A stretch of DNA of 64,000 nt. Source: Patescibacteria group bacterium (GTDB lineage: Bacteria > Patescibacteriota > UBA1384 > DATEAH01). The stretch spans positions 67,636 through 131,635 of the forward strand of contig DATEAH010000005.1 in assembly GCA_035288465.1 (NCBI GenBank), in the 5' to 3' direction. Positions 47,698 through 57,093 of the stretch are shown piece by piece; the first letter of the stretch is position 1; every line of letters begins with the position of its first letter. The notes below the pieces were generated by a model. It saw nothing but the letters and a program-made list of their open reading frames with translations, was not told the origin of the DNA and searched no databases. The translations under genes were made by a program, and so were the position numbers.

Positions 47698-48450
47698 TTA
47701 AACTTCGCGCATTTTAGCAACTGGTTTTTTATATAAGCCGCGAATCAAATTCCATCTCACCACTTTTAAAGCCCATAAAAAGCGAATGCCATCACGAATC
47801 GGATTCACTGTGCCTTTGGTTCTCGCAAACCAGTCAACCGGGACTTCAGCAATTTGGTATCCTAGAAATTTGGCGATCGTTAAAATTTCAATATCAAAAC
47901 TAAAACGGGCAAAGGTTTGCCTGGGAAATATCTCTTGCGCGGCTTTGGCGGAAAATAGTTTAAAGCCGCACTGCGAATCTTTTATTTTTAAACCAGTAAA
48001 AATCTTAAAAAAGAAATTCAAAAACCGACCACCCAAAATGCGGTATAAGGGTTGTTTTTTCTTTAAATGTCCCTCTTCTAAATATCTCGAGCCAATCATC
48101 ACCTCAAATTTGTCTTTGTAGGCTAATAATTTTTCCACTTGTTCAATTGGGGTGGCATTGTCGGCATCAGCAAATAAACGCCAATCACCTGTCGCCTTGA
48201 GCATGCCAGTTTTAACAGCAAAACCTTTGCCATGATTTTTATCTTGAATAATTGCCTGACAAAAATCCTTGCCGGCAGTTAATTTTTGTAAAACCTCGGC
48301 AGTATTATCTGGGCTACCATCATCAACAAAAATTAATTCCACGGAATAATCTTGCGAGGTGGCAAATTTTTCAAAAACAGCCCATGTCGTTTCTAAATTT
48401 TTCGCTTCTTTATAACAAGGAATTATAATTGATAAAAAAGGTTTATTCAT
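47698..48450 (-). CDS. GT2-family glycosyltransferase (polyprenyl-phosphate sugar transferase-like)
   Basis: LSIIIPCYKEAKNL, DDGSPD, DADN motifs. Confidence 0.85.
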   Translation of the reverse strand: MNKPFLSIIIPCYKEAKNLETTWAVFEKFATSQDYSVELIFVDDGSPDNTAEVLQKLTAGKDFCQAIIQDKNHGKGFAVKTGMLKATGDWRLFADADNATPIEQVEKLLAYKDKFEVMIGSRYLEEGHLKKKQPLYRILGGRFLNFFFKIFTGLKIKDSQCGFKLFSAKAAQEIFPRQTFARFSFDIEILTIAKFLGYQIAEVPVDWFARTKGTVNPIRDGIRFLWALKVVRWNLIRGLYKKPVAKMREV

Positions 48451-48465
48451 TTTTCTCCACTCTAT

Positions 48466-50667
48466 TTATTTCAAATCATAGACTAAAATCGAATCACCAA
48501 TCACCGCCGTCGGTTTAATATTATCCAAATATGAATAATCTGGTTGATTTTCTTTTGGTCCAAAATATTTTGACATCTGATAAAAAGTTGCGGAAACTGC
48601 CAACCAGCCCTTGGTTTCTCCAAATTTAGAATGCCACTCAACTGCACCCGGAATATAATATGTTGGTACGCCACCGCCAAAATAATCAACTTTAATTTCA
48701 GAAATATGATTTTCTTTCGTATATTCGGCTAAGCGTTTAAGATCTTGGCCCCAATCTAAGTTAGAATCTACCAAAATTTGATGTTTTTTTAAGCCCAAAA
48801 CCAGTCTAATTTCATTAAAATATCCCATATAATGCGGATAAGTAAAAGCAGTTTCCAATAATAGCCATACACTCAAACCAGAAACGGCAAATGTTCTCCA
48901 GCTAATTTTAGAAATTAAGACTGGTCGGACAAATCTGCCAATCAAGAGATATAAAAATGGTAAGGTTGGAATCAAATGCCTAATGCCGATATTTAAATTA
49001 CCATTAATGGAAACGGCAAAATATATTATTGGCATCACCAAAAACAATACTAAGTTCCAAGCATCTTCGCGCCGTTCGTCAGGAGAAATTAGACTACTTT
49101 TTCTCTTTATTAATCCAATGATTATTCCCGCAAAAGAGGCAAAAAGCAAAATCAAAACTGGCAAAGATTCTTTGAATAAGAAAGCAAGTGGAAAGTATAA
49201 CTTAAAGCCCATTTGCGAAAACTTACCCAGCAAAAAGGCGGTGTGACCTCCTTCGGCGTGGGCAAAAACCATTATAAACCCTAATAAATAATGTCCAAAG
49301 GCTGAGACAACCGGAATGCCAGCTAAAGTTTTCAAGAAATGGTTAAAAGGCGCTTGGCCGACAGTTGGCAAGGAAACATCGATTAAATGTTTTTCGACGT
49401 CGAGCGGAGTTCGCCAATAAAAGGCAAGATACACCAACCAAACCAAAACAAAGCCGATTACCACAATTTGTATTAACGCCCACATTTGCTTGCCAAAAAA
49501 TGCCCAAAATTTTTGGTCTTTGCGCATTAAAATTACCCAAAAAATTAAATAAACCCCCATCATTGGGATTAATAAAAAGGCGGAATATTTTAGTAATTGC
49601 GCCACCCCAAAAATCAAGCCGGCGATAATTAAATTTTTCCGAGTTGCGTGACGTAAGTAGCGATCATAAAAGAATATTCCGGCCAAAAAAGCCAATGTCG
49701 CGGCAATATCAGTCGTCACCCAATGGCCATGAGCTAAAATATTTGGACTTAATATATATAGGAATAGGACAAATAAGCTTGTTCTGGTGCCGTATAATTT
49801 TTTAGCCCAAATAAATACCAGCCAACCCACTAAAAGCGTTAATAAAATCATGGGAATTCTTGACCAAAACAGAATAAAATCTGCGGAATTGCCAGCTCGA
49901 TACAAGAATTGCCAGCCTGCTTCCCACTGATTAGCGTCTTTCCAGCTCCAATCATCAAAAAAGTTATTCAGCTTTACAAAGGTTAACGGCAGGGCCGCAA
50001 AGGCTTTAGACAATGGTGGATGTTCAGGATTTAAGCGCATGTCCTGTTTTTCGAGATAACCATAGCCGGCGGGAATATGAGCAATTTCATCCACAATACC
50101 TGAATCATTTTTAGAAACAACTAAAGAAACCGTGAACATAACCAATAACATTAGCATTGCCACTAAATATACATTTTGGTCTTTGCGCACTTTTGCCAAA
50201 GATTCAGGATTAATTTTGTAGGTCCAAAATTTATTCGCCAGAAAATTCCAAATCAAAACTGCTAAAGTCGCCACCAACAAAGCTGATAATTGTGCTAAGG
50301 CTGTTTGGCTAAAAATCATGCCGGCCGCTGGTCTAATAATCATAAAAACCAAAGTGTTAAAAATTAAACCCACAACACTGACAGCGATAAATCTGCCAAA
50401 ATAAATCGCGCCGACCGTGCGTTTATCTTCAGCTTCCAAGCCGGCTTTGTATTCCTTGCGAAAAGTCCACAAACTATTCCAAATAAAACTATTGGTCACT
50501 GCCACCGCAAAAGAAATGACCTTGGCAAAAACCTCATTCGAGGCAAAATAAGAGGTCAAATGCGTCAATAGAAAAAAGATTAGCCAATCGACTAAAGTGT
50601 TCGAAACGCCCACCACGGCAAATTTTAGAAATTGAATAAAATTGTCTTTTTCTAATAATTTCATCAC
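48466..50667 (-). CDS. GtrA-like domain fused to GT39/GT83-type (ArnT/PMT-like) membrane glycosyltransferase
   Basis: N-terminal GtrA motif (FLKFAVVGVSNTLVDWLIFFLL), about 14 further TM helices. Confidence 0.7.
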   Translation of the reverse strand: MMKLLEKDNFIQFLKFAVVGVSNTLVDWLIFFLLTHLTSYFASNEVFAKVISFAVAVTNSFIWNSLWTFRKEYKAGLEAEDKRTVGAIYFGRFIAVSVVGLIFNTLVFMIIRPAAGMIFSQTALAQLSALLVATLAVLIWNFLANKFWTYKINPESLAKVRKDQNVYLVAMLMLLVMFTVSLVVSKNDSGIVDEIAHIPAGYGYLEKQDMRLNPEHPPLSKAFAALPLTFVKLNNFFDDWSWKDANQWEAGWQFLYRAGNSADFILFWSRIPMILLTLLVGWLVFIWAKKLYGTRTSLFVLFLYILSPNILAHGHWVTTDIAATLAFLAGIFFYDRYLRHATRKNLIIAGLIFGVAQLLKYSAFLLIPMMGVYLIFWVILMRKDQKFWAFFGKQMWALIQIVVIGFVLVWLVYLAFYWRTPLDVEKHLIDVSLPTVGQAPFNHFLKTLAGIPVVSAFGHYLLGFIMVFAHAEGGHTAFLLGKFSQMGFKLYFPLAFLFKESLPVLILLFASFAGIIIGLIKRKSSLISPDERREDAWNLVLFLVMPIIYFAVSINGNLNIGIRHLIPTLPFLYLLIGRFVRPVLISKISWRTFAVSGLSVWLLLETAFTYPHYMGYFNEIRLVLGLKKHQILVDSNLDWGQDLKRLAEYTKENHISEIKVDYFGGGVPTYYIPGAVEWHSKFGETKGWLAVSATFYQMSKYFGPKENQPDYSYLDNIKPTAVIGDSILVYDLK

Positions 50668-50739
50668 CCTCCTTAAATAGCACCTTTTTATAATAAAGTC
50701 ATCTTATTCATTTTATCAAATTATTATCAATTTTAAAAA

Positions 50740-52371
50740 TTATCGGGAAGCCGGATTTGCCGTTTTAGCGACGGTGTCTTTTGGTGTTACCCAAAAACCT
50801 AAGTATTTGCCAATCATTAATCGAGTTTGAGCTTCAATAGCCGGTAGAGAACCAAAAATAACCGCAGAAATGGGAATTAAAAACCATTGCAAAACCATTT
50901 CAATATATTTAGCCGGTGAATAATGCCTTGGCCGAGGTGGTAATAACAAGGTGGAAATTGTGGCGGAAATAATAATACCGGCCCAAGTCAACATCAATAA
51001 ATATCTGGCGAAAATTGGCAAATTATGACCCAAAACATCGGTTCGAAATTCGGGGTGGAAAACAAAAGGGAACCAAATCGTAAAAGCAATCAGCAAAGAA
51101 GCGGTCGCCCAATTAATATGCCCCTCAATCATGCGAAAAATCTGCACCAATTTTTCCCATCTCGGGATATCTTTATGACGGTGTGATTCTCTAACAAAAT
51201 AAGGAAAATGTTCAATTCCCCAAGCCCAGCGTCTTTTTTGAAGATATTGATTTTTTAACGACAGCCACCAATTTTTTCCTAAAACTGCGTCCATATAAAC
51301 CGGACAGGAAATTGGCACCGTTTGATGATCGCCAGCATATTTGAAAAAGGCGCGATAATATTGCCTTGAATCCTCAGAAACAATGGTTTTATCCCAAAAA
51401 TTAATATCTTTTAAAGTCCGCCAACTCATCGCTTGTGAGGAAAAATTGACCATTCGATAAGGCCGGGTCGATTCAATCATTTGCCAAAAACTGCTTGAAA
51501 ATGCCACCAAACGGTTAATCGAGGGCACTTGCCAAATATTGTTGGAATATAAAGGAATTGGTTGGAAACTGCGAAAACGGCGTTTGGGATGAATAATATA
51601 TTTATAAGTCAAACAGGAGAAATATTTCGGATGGACTCGGGTATCAGCATCAAAATTAGAAACTAAAATGTTTTCATCGGCAATTTTTTGCGAGCTCAAA
51701 TATTTTTTTAAAATTCCGGCGGCCCAACTCGAATTAGCACCCTTGCCCTTGAGCTCGCCGACAATATCGGCAGGATGATAGGTAATCATAAATTTATGCA
51801 TTTTCCCGCCAAATTCTTCTTGCAAGGCTTTGGCTTTTGGGTGGATTTCTTCGCCTTCTCTTTCTTCCATGGCCACGACCACAATTAAACGATTATTTGG
51901 CCACTCAGCATTGAGATAAGAATTAATTGAAGCTGACAAAACCTGCAACGGTTCTTTGAAGGTTGGTAAAATTACGACTTGGAATATTTTTTCCCAATCT
52001 AAAAAGCCAATTTTGAGGGCTTTTTTAGCTTTGCGAATTTCAATAGCTAATCTTTTTCTTTCAAAATAGCCTGCTTTTTCTTTTTGTTCTATTAAACTCC
52101 ATAAATAAAGTTTGGGATTTTTCTTAAGTTTTTTCATACGTGTTATCCAATTAACGCGACAATCCCGTTTAATTCGTAAATACCCTGAAATCAAATAACC
52201 GCCAAAAATAATGGCACGGACCAGCCAGTAAAAATCAAAAATAATCACAAAAATTGCGATCCAAGTCGGATATGTGGCGGCAATAATGATTGGGGCGATT
52301 AGGACTAACCAGGAAATTGTCCCCGGGATATAATCCAAAAAGCGGGTTTTATAATAGAGATAATTGATCAT
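50740..52371 (-). CDS. membrane-bound processive GT2 glycosyltransferase (cellulose/chitin-synthase-like)
   Basis: DAD motif (FDADTRV) and QxxRW motif (QKRRWAWG) between TM segments. Confidence 0.7.
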   Translation of the reverse strand: MINYLYYKTRFLDYIPGTISWLVLIAPIIIAATYPTWIAIFVIIFDFYWLVRAIIFGGYLISGYLRIKRDCRVNWITRMKKLKKNPKLYLWSLIEQKEKAGYFERKRLAIEIRKAKKALKIGFLDWEKIFQVVILPTFKEPLQVLSASINSYLNAEWPNNRLIVVVAMEEREGEEIHPKAKALQEEFGGKMHKFMITYHPADIVGELKGKGANSSWAAGILKKYLSSQKIADENILVSNFDADTRVHPKYFSCLTYKYIIHPKRRFRSFQPIPLYSNNIWQVPSINRLVAFSSSFWQMIESTRPYRMVNFSSQAMSWRTLKDINFWDKTIVSEDSRQYYRAFFKYAGDHQTVPISCPVYMDAVLGKNWWLSLKNQYLQKRRWAWGIEHFPYFVRESHRHKDIPRWEKLVQIFRMIEGHINWATASLLIAFTIWFPFVFHPEFRTDVLGHNLPIFARYLLMLTWAGIIISATISTLLLPPRPRHYSPAKYIEMVLQWFLIPISAVIFGSLPAIEAQTRLMIGKYLGFWVTPKDTVAKTANPASR

Positions 52372-52740
52372 TTAAAAACCTTGAGAAAGATAAAATCTAA
52401 TTAGTTCTAAAGTTAAAATTTCAATAAATGTAATAATTAAAATCAAAAAATAGCTTGCCATTTTTTCCCGAAGATAAGCTTTTTGCGCCAAATATAAATT
52501 CATCATTAAAACCAAAGTGTTAAAAATTGGCAGTAAATATAAAGTATAATTGGCTAACAAGCGGTTGGTAATCAGCGGCGAATAAATTTGGCCAATTGCG
52601 CGCATTTTCCAAATCCACAAAATCCAAATCACCACTAGCATGGCTAAATTTGCCAAATTAATTGACAAAATTACTTTATTTTTCCAAAAAGAAAAGGATC
52701 TTTTGGGAAGAATTTGATTTAATAAACTGGTAAAATCCAT
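52372..52740 (-). CDS. small membrane protein
   Basis: 122 aa, 4 TM helices, abuts previous gene. Confidence 0.5.
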   Translation of the reverse strand: MDFTSLLNQILPKRSFSFWKNKVILSINLANLAMLVVIWILWIWKMRAIGQIYSPLITNRLLANYTLYLLPIFNTLVLMMNLYLAQKAYLREKMASYFLILIITFIEILTLELIRFYLSQGF

Positions 52741-52751
52741 TTTTATTTCCT

Positions 52752-52823
52752 AGCCGTCTCCCGGATTTGAACCGGGGACCTTCACTTTACGAAAGTGCTG
52801 CTCTACCGCTGAGCTAAGACGGC
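52752..52823 (-). tRNA. tRNA-Thr (anticodon CGT)
   Basis: acceptor gccgtct/agacggc, anticodon loop ttCGTaa, T-arm ccccg-gttcaaa-tccgg; no CCA. Confidence 0.8.
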
Positions 52824-52872
52824 AAAATCTGAGTAATTTCAATCTTATTTTAGCACTTTTTGGCAATCTTCA

Positions 52873-52931
52873 CAATTTAAAAAGCGGGATACCGGGATCG
52901 AACTGGCGCCTCCACCTTACCTGCCCGCCAT
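52873..52931 (-). repeat. degenerate tandem copy of tRNA-Gly 3' half immediately downstream of tRNA-Gly
   Basis: gtggaggcgccagttcgatcccggtatcccgct vs tRNA-Gly aagaggtcgccggttcgaatccggtctaccgct; preceded by GGCGCC palindrome; cannot fold into full cloverleaf. Confidence 0.7.
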
Positions 52932-53003
52932 CGATAGAATGAGCGGTAGACCGGATTCGAACCGGCGACCTCTTCCTTGGGAAGGAAGCATTCTGCCACT
53001 GAA
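52932..53003 (-). tRNA. tRNA-Gly (anticodon CCC)
   Basis: acceptor gcggtag/ctaccgc, anticodon stem cttcc/ggaag, loop ttCCCaa, T-arm cgccg-gttcgaa-tccgg. Confidence 0.85.
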
Positions 53004-53170
53004 CTACTACCGCACTTCTTATATATTAGCAAATTCAAGGCTAATAAAAAAGGAAGGCCATACTCGGATGATGCGGGGGTGATAGCAAAAATCTGCTATC
53101 CATCTTCCGAACACGGCCTTTTCGCCTGTTGGTAGGGTTTTCTGCTGGTTGGGATGGGTTGGGTCGCGGT

Positions 53171-53497
53171 CTATCGGATGAGTGGTTCGACGGACAACTT
53201 GATCCCGGTGCGTTCCTGGCCATCAATGACCAGATTAGCGAAAGCCGGCCGGCAGATCAAGTCAATCCCTGAGGGAGCCAAGTAGCCGCGCGCGACAGCG
53301 ATCGCCTTAACGGCCTGATTCAAGGCGCCGGCGCCGATGGACATGATTTCTGCCCGACCCTTTTCACGGATGGTACCGGCGATTGCGCCAGCGACTAAAT
53401 TGGTATTGGACTTGCTCGAGACCTTGAGGATGCCGTTTGACATTTGCCGCGGGGACGACGATGACTTTACTGCACTCGGTGCAACAGATCCTGCCAT
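53171..53497 (-). CDS. spoVS: SpoVS-family protein (stage V sporulation protein S homolog)
   Basis: ILKVSSKSNTNLVAGAIAGTIREKGRAEIMSIGAGALNQAVKAIAVARGYLAPSGIDLICRPAF...GIKLSVEP closely parallels SpoVS; start may be internal Met 53443; GC about 58%. Confidence 0.8.
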   Translation of the reverse strand: MAGSVAPSAVKSSSSPRQMSNGILKVSSKSNTNLVAGAIAGTIREKGRAEIMSIGAGALNQAVKAIAVARGYLAPSGIDLICRPAFANLVIDGQERTGIKLSVEPLIR

Positions 53498-53595
53498 TTC
53501 TGCGACTCTCCCTTCAGTTGTGTGGCGGGTTTTGCGACTGGTTTGTGGCTGTCCCCCAGGCTGAAGTCAGCAGAAAATCCCTTGAAACTGCTTTA

Positions 53596-53624
53596 TTTAT
53601 AGCAAAAAACTCTGGAAATGTCAA
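53596..53624 (-). promoter_or_regulatory. consensus sigma70 promoter TTGACA-17-TATAAA upstream of spoVS
   Basis: Minus-strand ttgacatttccagagttttttgctataaa in AT-rich DNA immediately before GC-rich leader. Confidence 0.5.
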
Positions 53625-53693
53625 GATTAAATTAAAAAATACCCTAAATAAAGGGTAAAAAATCATTTAAATCTTGATAAAAAAATATATAAA

Positions 53694-54290
53694 TTAAAAC
53701 GAACGGGCAATAGTTACGATAATAAAAATTCCGGTGGCATTGAGGAAAAAAGACAGTAGCAAGAATTGCCAATTTTTCATTTTGGAGATTCCTAAAATGC
53801 CAATTCCCATTTCGTCTGGCATTGGCGAAGCAATAATTGCAGCACCAATTAAAGGAGTAAACCATGCAAAATAAGGGGTATTAAATATTTTAAAAAGATA
53901 TGATCCTTTAATTTTTTCAAAAAATGGTTTCAACTCCCCAAAAATTTTATCTTTAAAAAAACGAAAGATTAAATAGTCACCAATTACCGCACCAGTTCCA
54001 GTTAATATTGCAACTTCGAAAGGATTTAATATATCAGCCAAATTATACAAAATCACCATTGCCGGTGCAACCGTAAAGGTAGAGACGAAAAACATCCCAG
54101 TAATAACTGCTCCGAAATACCCCATTTCCCCAATTTTTTCAATAATATTTTTAATCAAATCAGATTCGGCAAAATAAAATAAGAGAAATATACTAATAAC
54201 CAACAAGGTTGTATTTTTATATTGCCAACCCTGATAAGTTTTAACAGGATAGTCAATAATTTCTTTTATTTTCTGGCGATATTCAGCCAT
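53694..54290 (-). CDS. membrane protein
   Basis: 198 aa, 5-6 TM helices. Confidence 0.5.
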   Translation of the reverse strand: MAEYRQKIKEIIDYPVKTYQGWQYKNTTLLVISIFLLFYFAESDLIKNIIEKIGEMGYFGAVITGMFFVSTFTVAPAMVILYNLADILNPFEVAILTGTGAVIGDYLIFRFFKDKIFGELKPFFEKIKGSYLFKIFNTPYFAWFTPLIGAAIIASPMPDEMGIGILGISKMKNWQFLLLSFFLNATGIFIIVTIARSF

Positions 54291-54397
54291 TTTCCCTCAC
54301 TCTTTCTTGATTTAATTTTATCAAAGACAAGACATAAAATAAAGCCAAATCATATTTACAAATACGAATTTTATGGTAAAATAAGATTACAAATCAT

Positions 54398-54472
54398 GGG
54401 GCCGTGGTGTAGCCTGGTTAACACGCGAGCTTGTCAAGCTTGAGATCGCCAGTTCAAATCTGGTCGGCCCCG
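54398..54472 (+). tRNA. tRNA-Asp (anticodon GTC)
   Basis: acceptor ggggccg/cggcccc, D-stem gtgt/acac, anticodon stem cgagc/gcttg, loop ttGTCaa. Confidence 0.85.
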
Positions 54473-54550
54473 GTTTTAAAATCTTTCTTTCGAAAGATTT
54501 TTCTTTATTTTAAGAGTAAATTTTGATAAAATAGAACAAGGGATTAAAAA

Positions 54551-55435
54551 ATGAAAAGAAAAATTATTTTAATTTGCGACACCAAAAATGAAATTGATGA
54601 CCAGTTTGCGATCGCCTATGCTTTAAAATCTCCCGAGATTAATCTTTTAGGCATAGTGGCTAGCCAAAACAATCGCAAGCAAGGCAAAAAATCGCTGGAA
54701 ACAAATTACCTTGAAGCTAAAAATATTATTAAATTGGCGAAGGCGAAAATTCCAGTTTTTAGGGGCGCTAATTCCCCACTAAATTTAGCAGATAAGCCTA
54801 AAAATTCCGAGGGGTTAATTTTTATTATTCGAGAAATCACTAAAAACCCACAAAAAATAGATTTGGTTTGCACTGGTCCTGCCACTGAATTAGCGAGTTT
54901 AATCCTAAAACGACCAGACTTAGTAAAAAAATGTCGCATGATTTGGTTGGGTGGTTTTAAAAATCAAAAGGAAGCTGAAAAATTTAAATGTCGAGAGGAA
55001 AATTTTTTGGGCGATATTAAAGCTGCAAAAATTTTGTTTGAGACTGAAGCAAATTTAATTATTATACCAGCATGGGGAACAGCTGATGATTTGGTCTTAC
55101 AATCGAAGAATTTGAGCGAAGAGTTAAAATCACAAAAATCGCCTCTTGCAAATTATTTAGGAGAAATTATTGATAATAATTGGACGAAACCCAAAATTAT
55201 TAGTAAAATTTTACCACACGTACTAAAAAGATTTTGGGTATTTTTTGACTTAGCCGCCGTGGCGGTGAGTAAAAATTATGGGATAGTTTCTCAACAAAAA
55301 ATTCCAGCTCCTAAAATTCGAAAAAATCAATTTATTTTTCCAAAAAACAACAAATTTAAAATTACGATTATTGATAAAATTGACGCGCCAGCGATTTTGA
55401 CGCAAGTGAAAAAATACTTGCTTGGCGGAAATTAA
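54551..55435 (+). CDS. nucleoside hydrolase (IU-NH family)
   Basis: N-terminal DTKNEIDDQFAIAYAL aspartate cluster. Confidence 0.75.
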   Translation: MKRKIILICDTKNEIDDQFAIAYALKSPEINLLGIVASQNNRKQGKKSLETNYLEAKNIIKLAKAKIPVFRGANSPLNLADKPKNSEGLIFIIREITKNPQKIDLVCTGPATELASLILKRPDLVKKCRMIWLGGFKNQKEAEKFKCREENFLGDIKAAKILFETEANLIIIPAWGTADDLVLQSKNLSEELKSQKSPLANYLGEIIDNNWTKPKIISKILPHVLKRFWVFFDLAAVAVSKNYGIVSQQKIPAPKIRKNQFIFPKNNKFKITIIDKIDAPAILTQVKKYLLGGN

Positions 55436-55988
55436 AATTAAACCAAAGGAGAAAATGAAAACCAAAGATAATAGCAAATTAGCTTTTGTCGATATTGAAA
55501 CTACTGGTCTTGACAGACACAAACACGAAATTATCGAAATCGGTTTATTGATAGTCAATCCTGAAAATTTTGAGATTTTAGAAACCTGGCATAAAAGAAT
55601 TAAACCTTATAATTTGCGCGGCGCAGATCCGGTCGCTTTGCGAATTAATCATTTCGACCCGAAAATTTGGGAAAAAGCTTCAGAACCCCGAGCGGCCCTG
55701 GAAGAATTTTCTCGCAAAACCCGCGATAGTTATTTGGTCTCACATAATATTTCTTTTGACCGACCATTTTTAGAAGATCATTTTCGACGCTGGCAAATTC
55801 CGGTACGCTGGCATTACCATAGTTTAGACACAATCTCATTTGCTTACTGCAAATTGCAGGATCTGGAAAGTTTAAAATTATCCAGATTGGCTGAGAGGCT
55901 CGGAATTGTTCAAGAAAAAGAACACGCCGCGCTTGACGACGTGATGACTTGTTATCGGGTTTTTCGAAAATTAGTTGAGGAAAATTAA
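55422..55988 (+). CDS. DnaQ-like 3'-5' exonuclease (DEDDh)
   Basis: FVDIETTGL Exo I motif, YLVSHNISFDRPFL Exo II, HAALDD Exo III. Confidence 0.8.
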   Translation: MAEIKIKPKEKMKTKDNSKLAFVDIETTGLDRHKHEIIEIGLLIVNPENFEILETWHKRIKPYNLRGADPVALRINHFDPKIWEKASEPRAALEEFSRKTRDSYLVSHNISFDRPFLEDHFRRWQIPVRWHYHSLDTISFAYCKLQDLESLKLSRLAERLGIVQEKEHAALDDVMTCYRVFRKLVEEN

Positions 55989-56013
55989 TTATAATTTGTA
56001 TAAAAAATCATTA

Positions 56014-57072
56014 TTATTTTACAAAACGCCAAATTCTCGTTTTCTTTTTAACATTTTCAAACCAAACATTTATAGCGTCATTAATCTTGCCTTTGCGCTC
56101 GGTCAGCATCACCACATGATAGGCATGCTTACTTTTGCAAACCACAATTTCGTTAGTGCCCATTTTGCCAATTTTATCATTACATTCTGTGCCTAATTTG
56201 GCAGCGACATCTTTCATATATACCCAGCCCAAATCGCCACCCTTATCTTTGGAATTGACATCTTCAGAGTATTTTGTGGCTAAAGTGGCAAAGTTATTAT
56301 TTTTGCTCGCATCGGCTCTAAAGGCTTCAGCTTTTGCTGATAAAGCATCCTTGGTTTTTTTATCAGCTTTATCTGGAATCTGAAGTAGGATTTGCTTGAG
56401 GTTAACTTTTAAGGGTATTTCTTCATTTAATTTCTCACGCAATAAACGATCACGAATTAAGCTTTTAAAATATTGGATGTCAAAACCCCACAATTCCTCA
56501 AGAAGTTTGGTGACTTTATCTTCGCCACCTTCTCCAACGACTAATTGTTGATAAGTATCTTCAACTTCTTTGTCGGTGACTTTAATGCCATATTTGGCAG
56601 CTTCACGTTTGTAAATTTCTTGGTTAATCATATCTTCGAGTGCCGCCGCTTTATAATCTTGGCTTGGTTTTTGTTTGGTTTTTTCATAATAATGTTCCAA
56701 ATATCCCAATCTGATATTATAATCTTTGAGTAAAATTGGGTTAGCGCCCACGGTTGCGGCTGGATATGGCACAATTTTTTGCGCCCATTTTGCGGCTGTA
56801 TTATTCCAATGGTACTTATATAATCCAATTCCAAAAACTACCACTAAAATTATAAAAACTGCCACAATTCCAATCACAATACTCCAAATTAAACGTTTGC
56901 GAAAAGTATGAACATCTTTTGAACCAGTAAAAATAGTTTTAAAGGATTTAAAAAAGTTTTTGAAAAAGTTCAAAAATCCGAACCAAATTCGAGCAAATAT
57001 TGAAAGTAAAGACTTAGGTTTTTTAGTTTCATTTGGCTCTTCGGCATGATAAGATACAAAACCATTTGACAT
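56014..57072 (-). CDS. membrane-anchored parvulin-type peptidyl-prolyl isomerase (PrsA/SurA-like)
   Basis: N-terminal TM; C-terminal rotamase region KGGDLGWVYMKDV...KSKHAYHVVML. Confidence 0.7.
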   Translation of the reverse strand: MSNGFVSYHAEEPNETKKPKSLLSIFARIWFGFLNFFKNFFKSFKTIFTGSKDVHTFRKRLIWSIVIGIVAVFIILVVVFGIGLYKYHWNNTAAKWAQKIVPYPAATVGANPILLKDYNIRLGYLEHYYEKTKQKPSQDYKAAALEDMINQEIYKREAAKYGIKVTDKEVEDTYQQLVVGEGGEDKVTKLLEELWGFDIQYFKSLIRDRLLREKLNEEIPLKVNLKQILLQIPDKADKKTKDALSAKAEAFRADASKNNNFATLATKYSEDVNSKDKGGDLGWVYMKDVAAKLGTECNDKIGKMGTNEIVVCKSKHAYHVVMLTERKGKINDAINVWFENVKKKTRIWRFVK

Positions 57073-57093
57073 AAAACTCCTTATTTAATCTCT

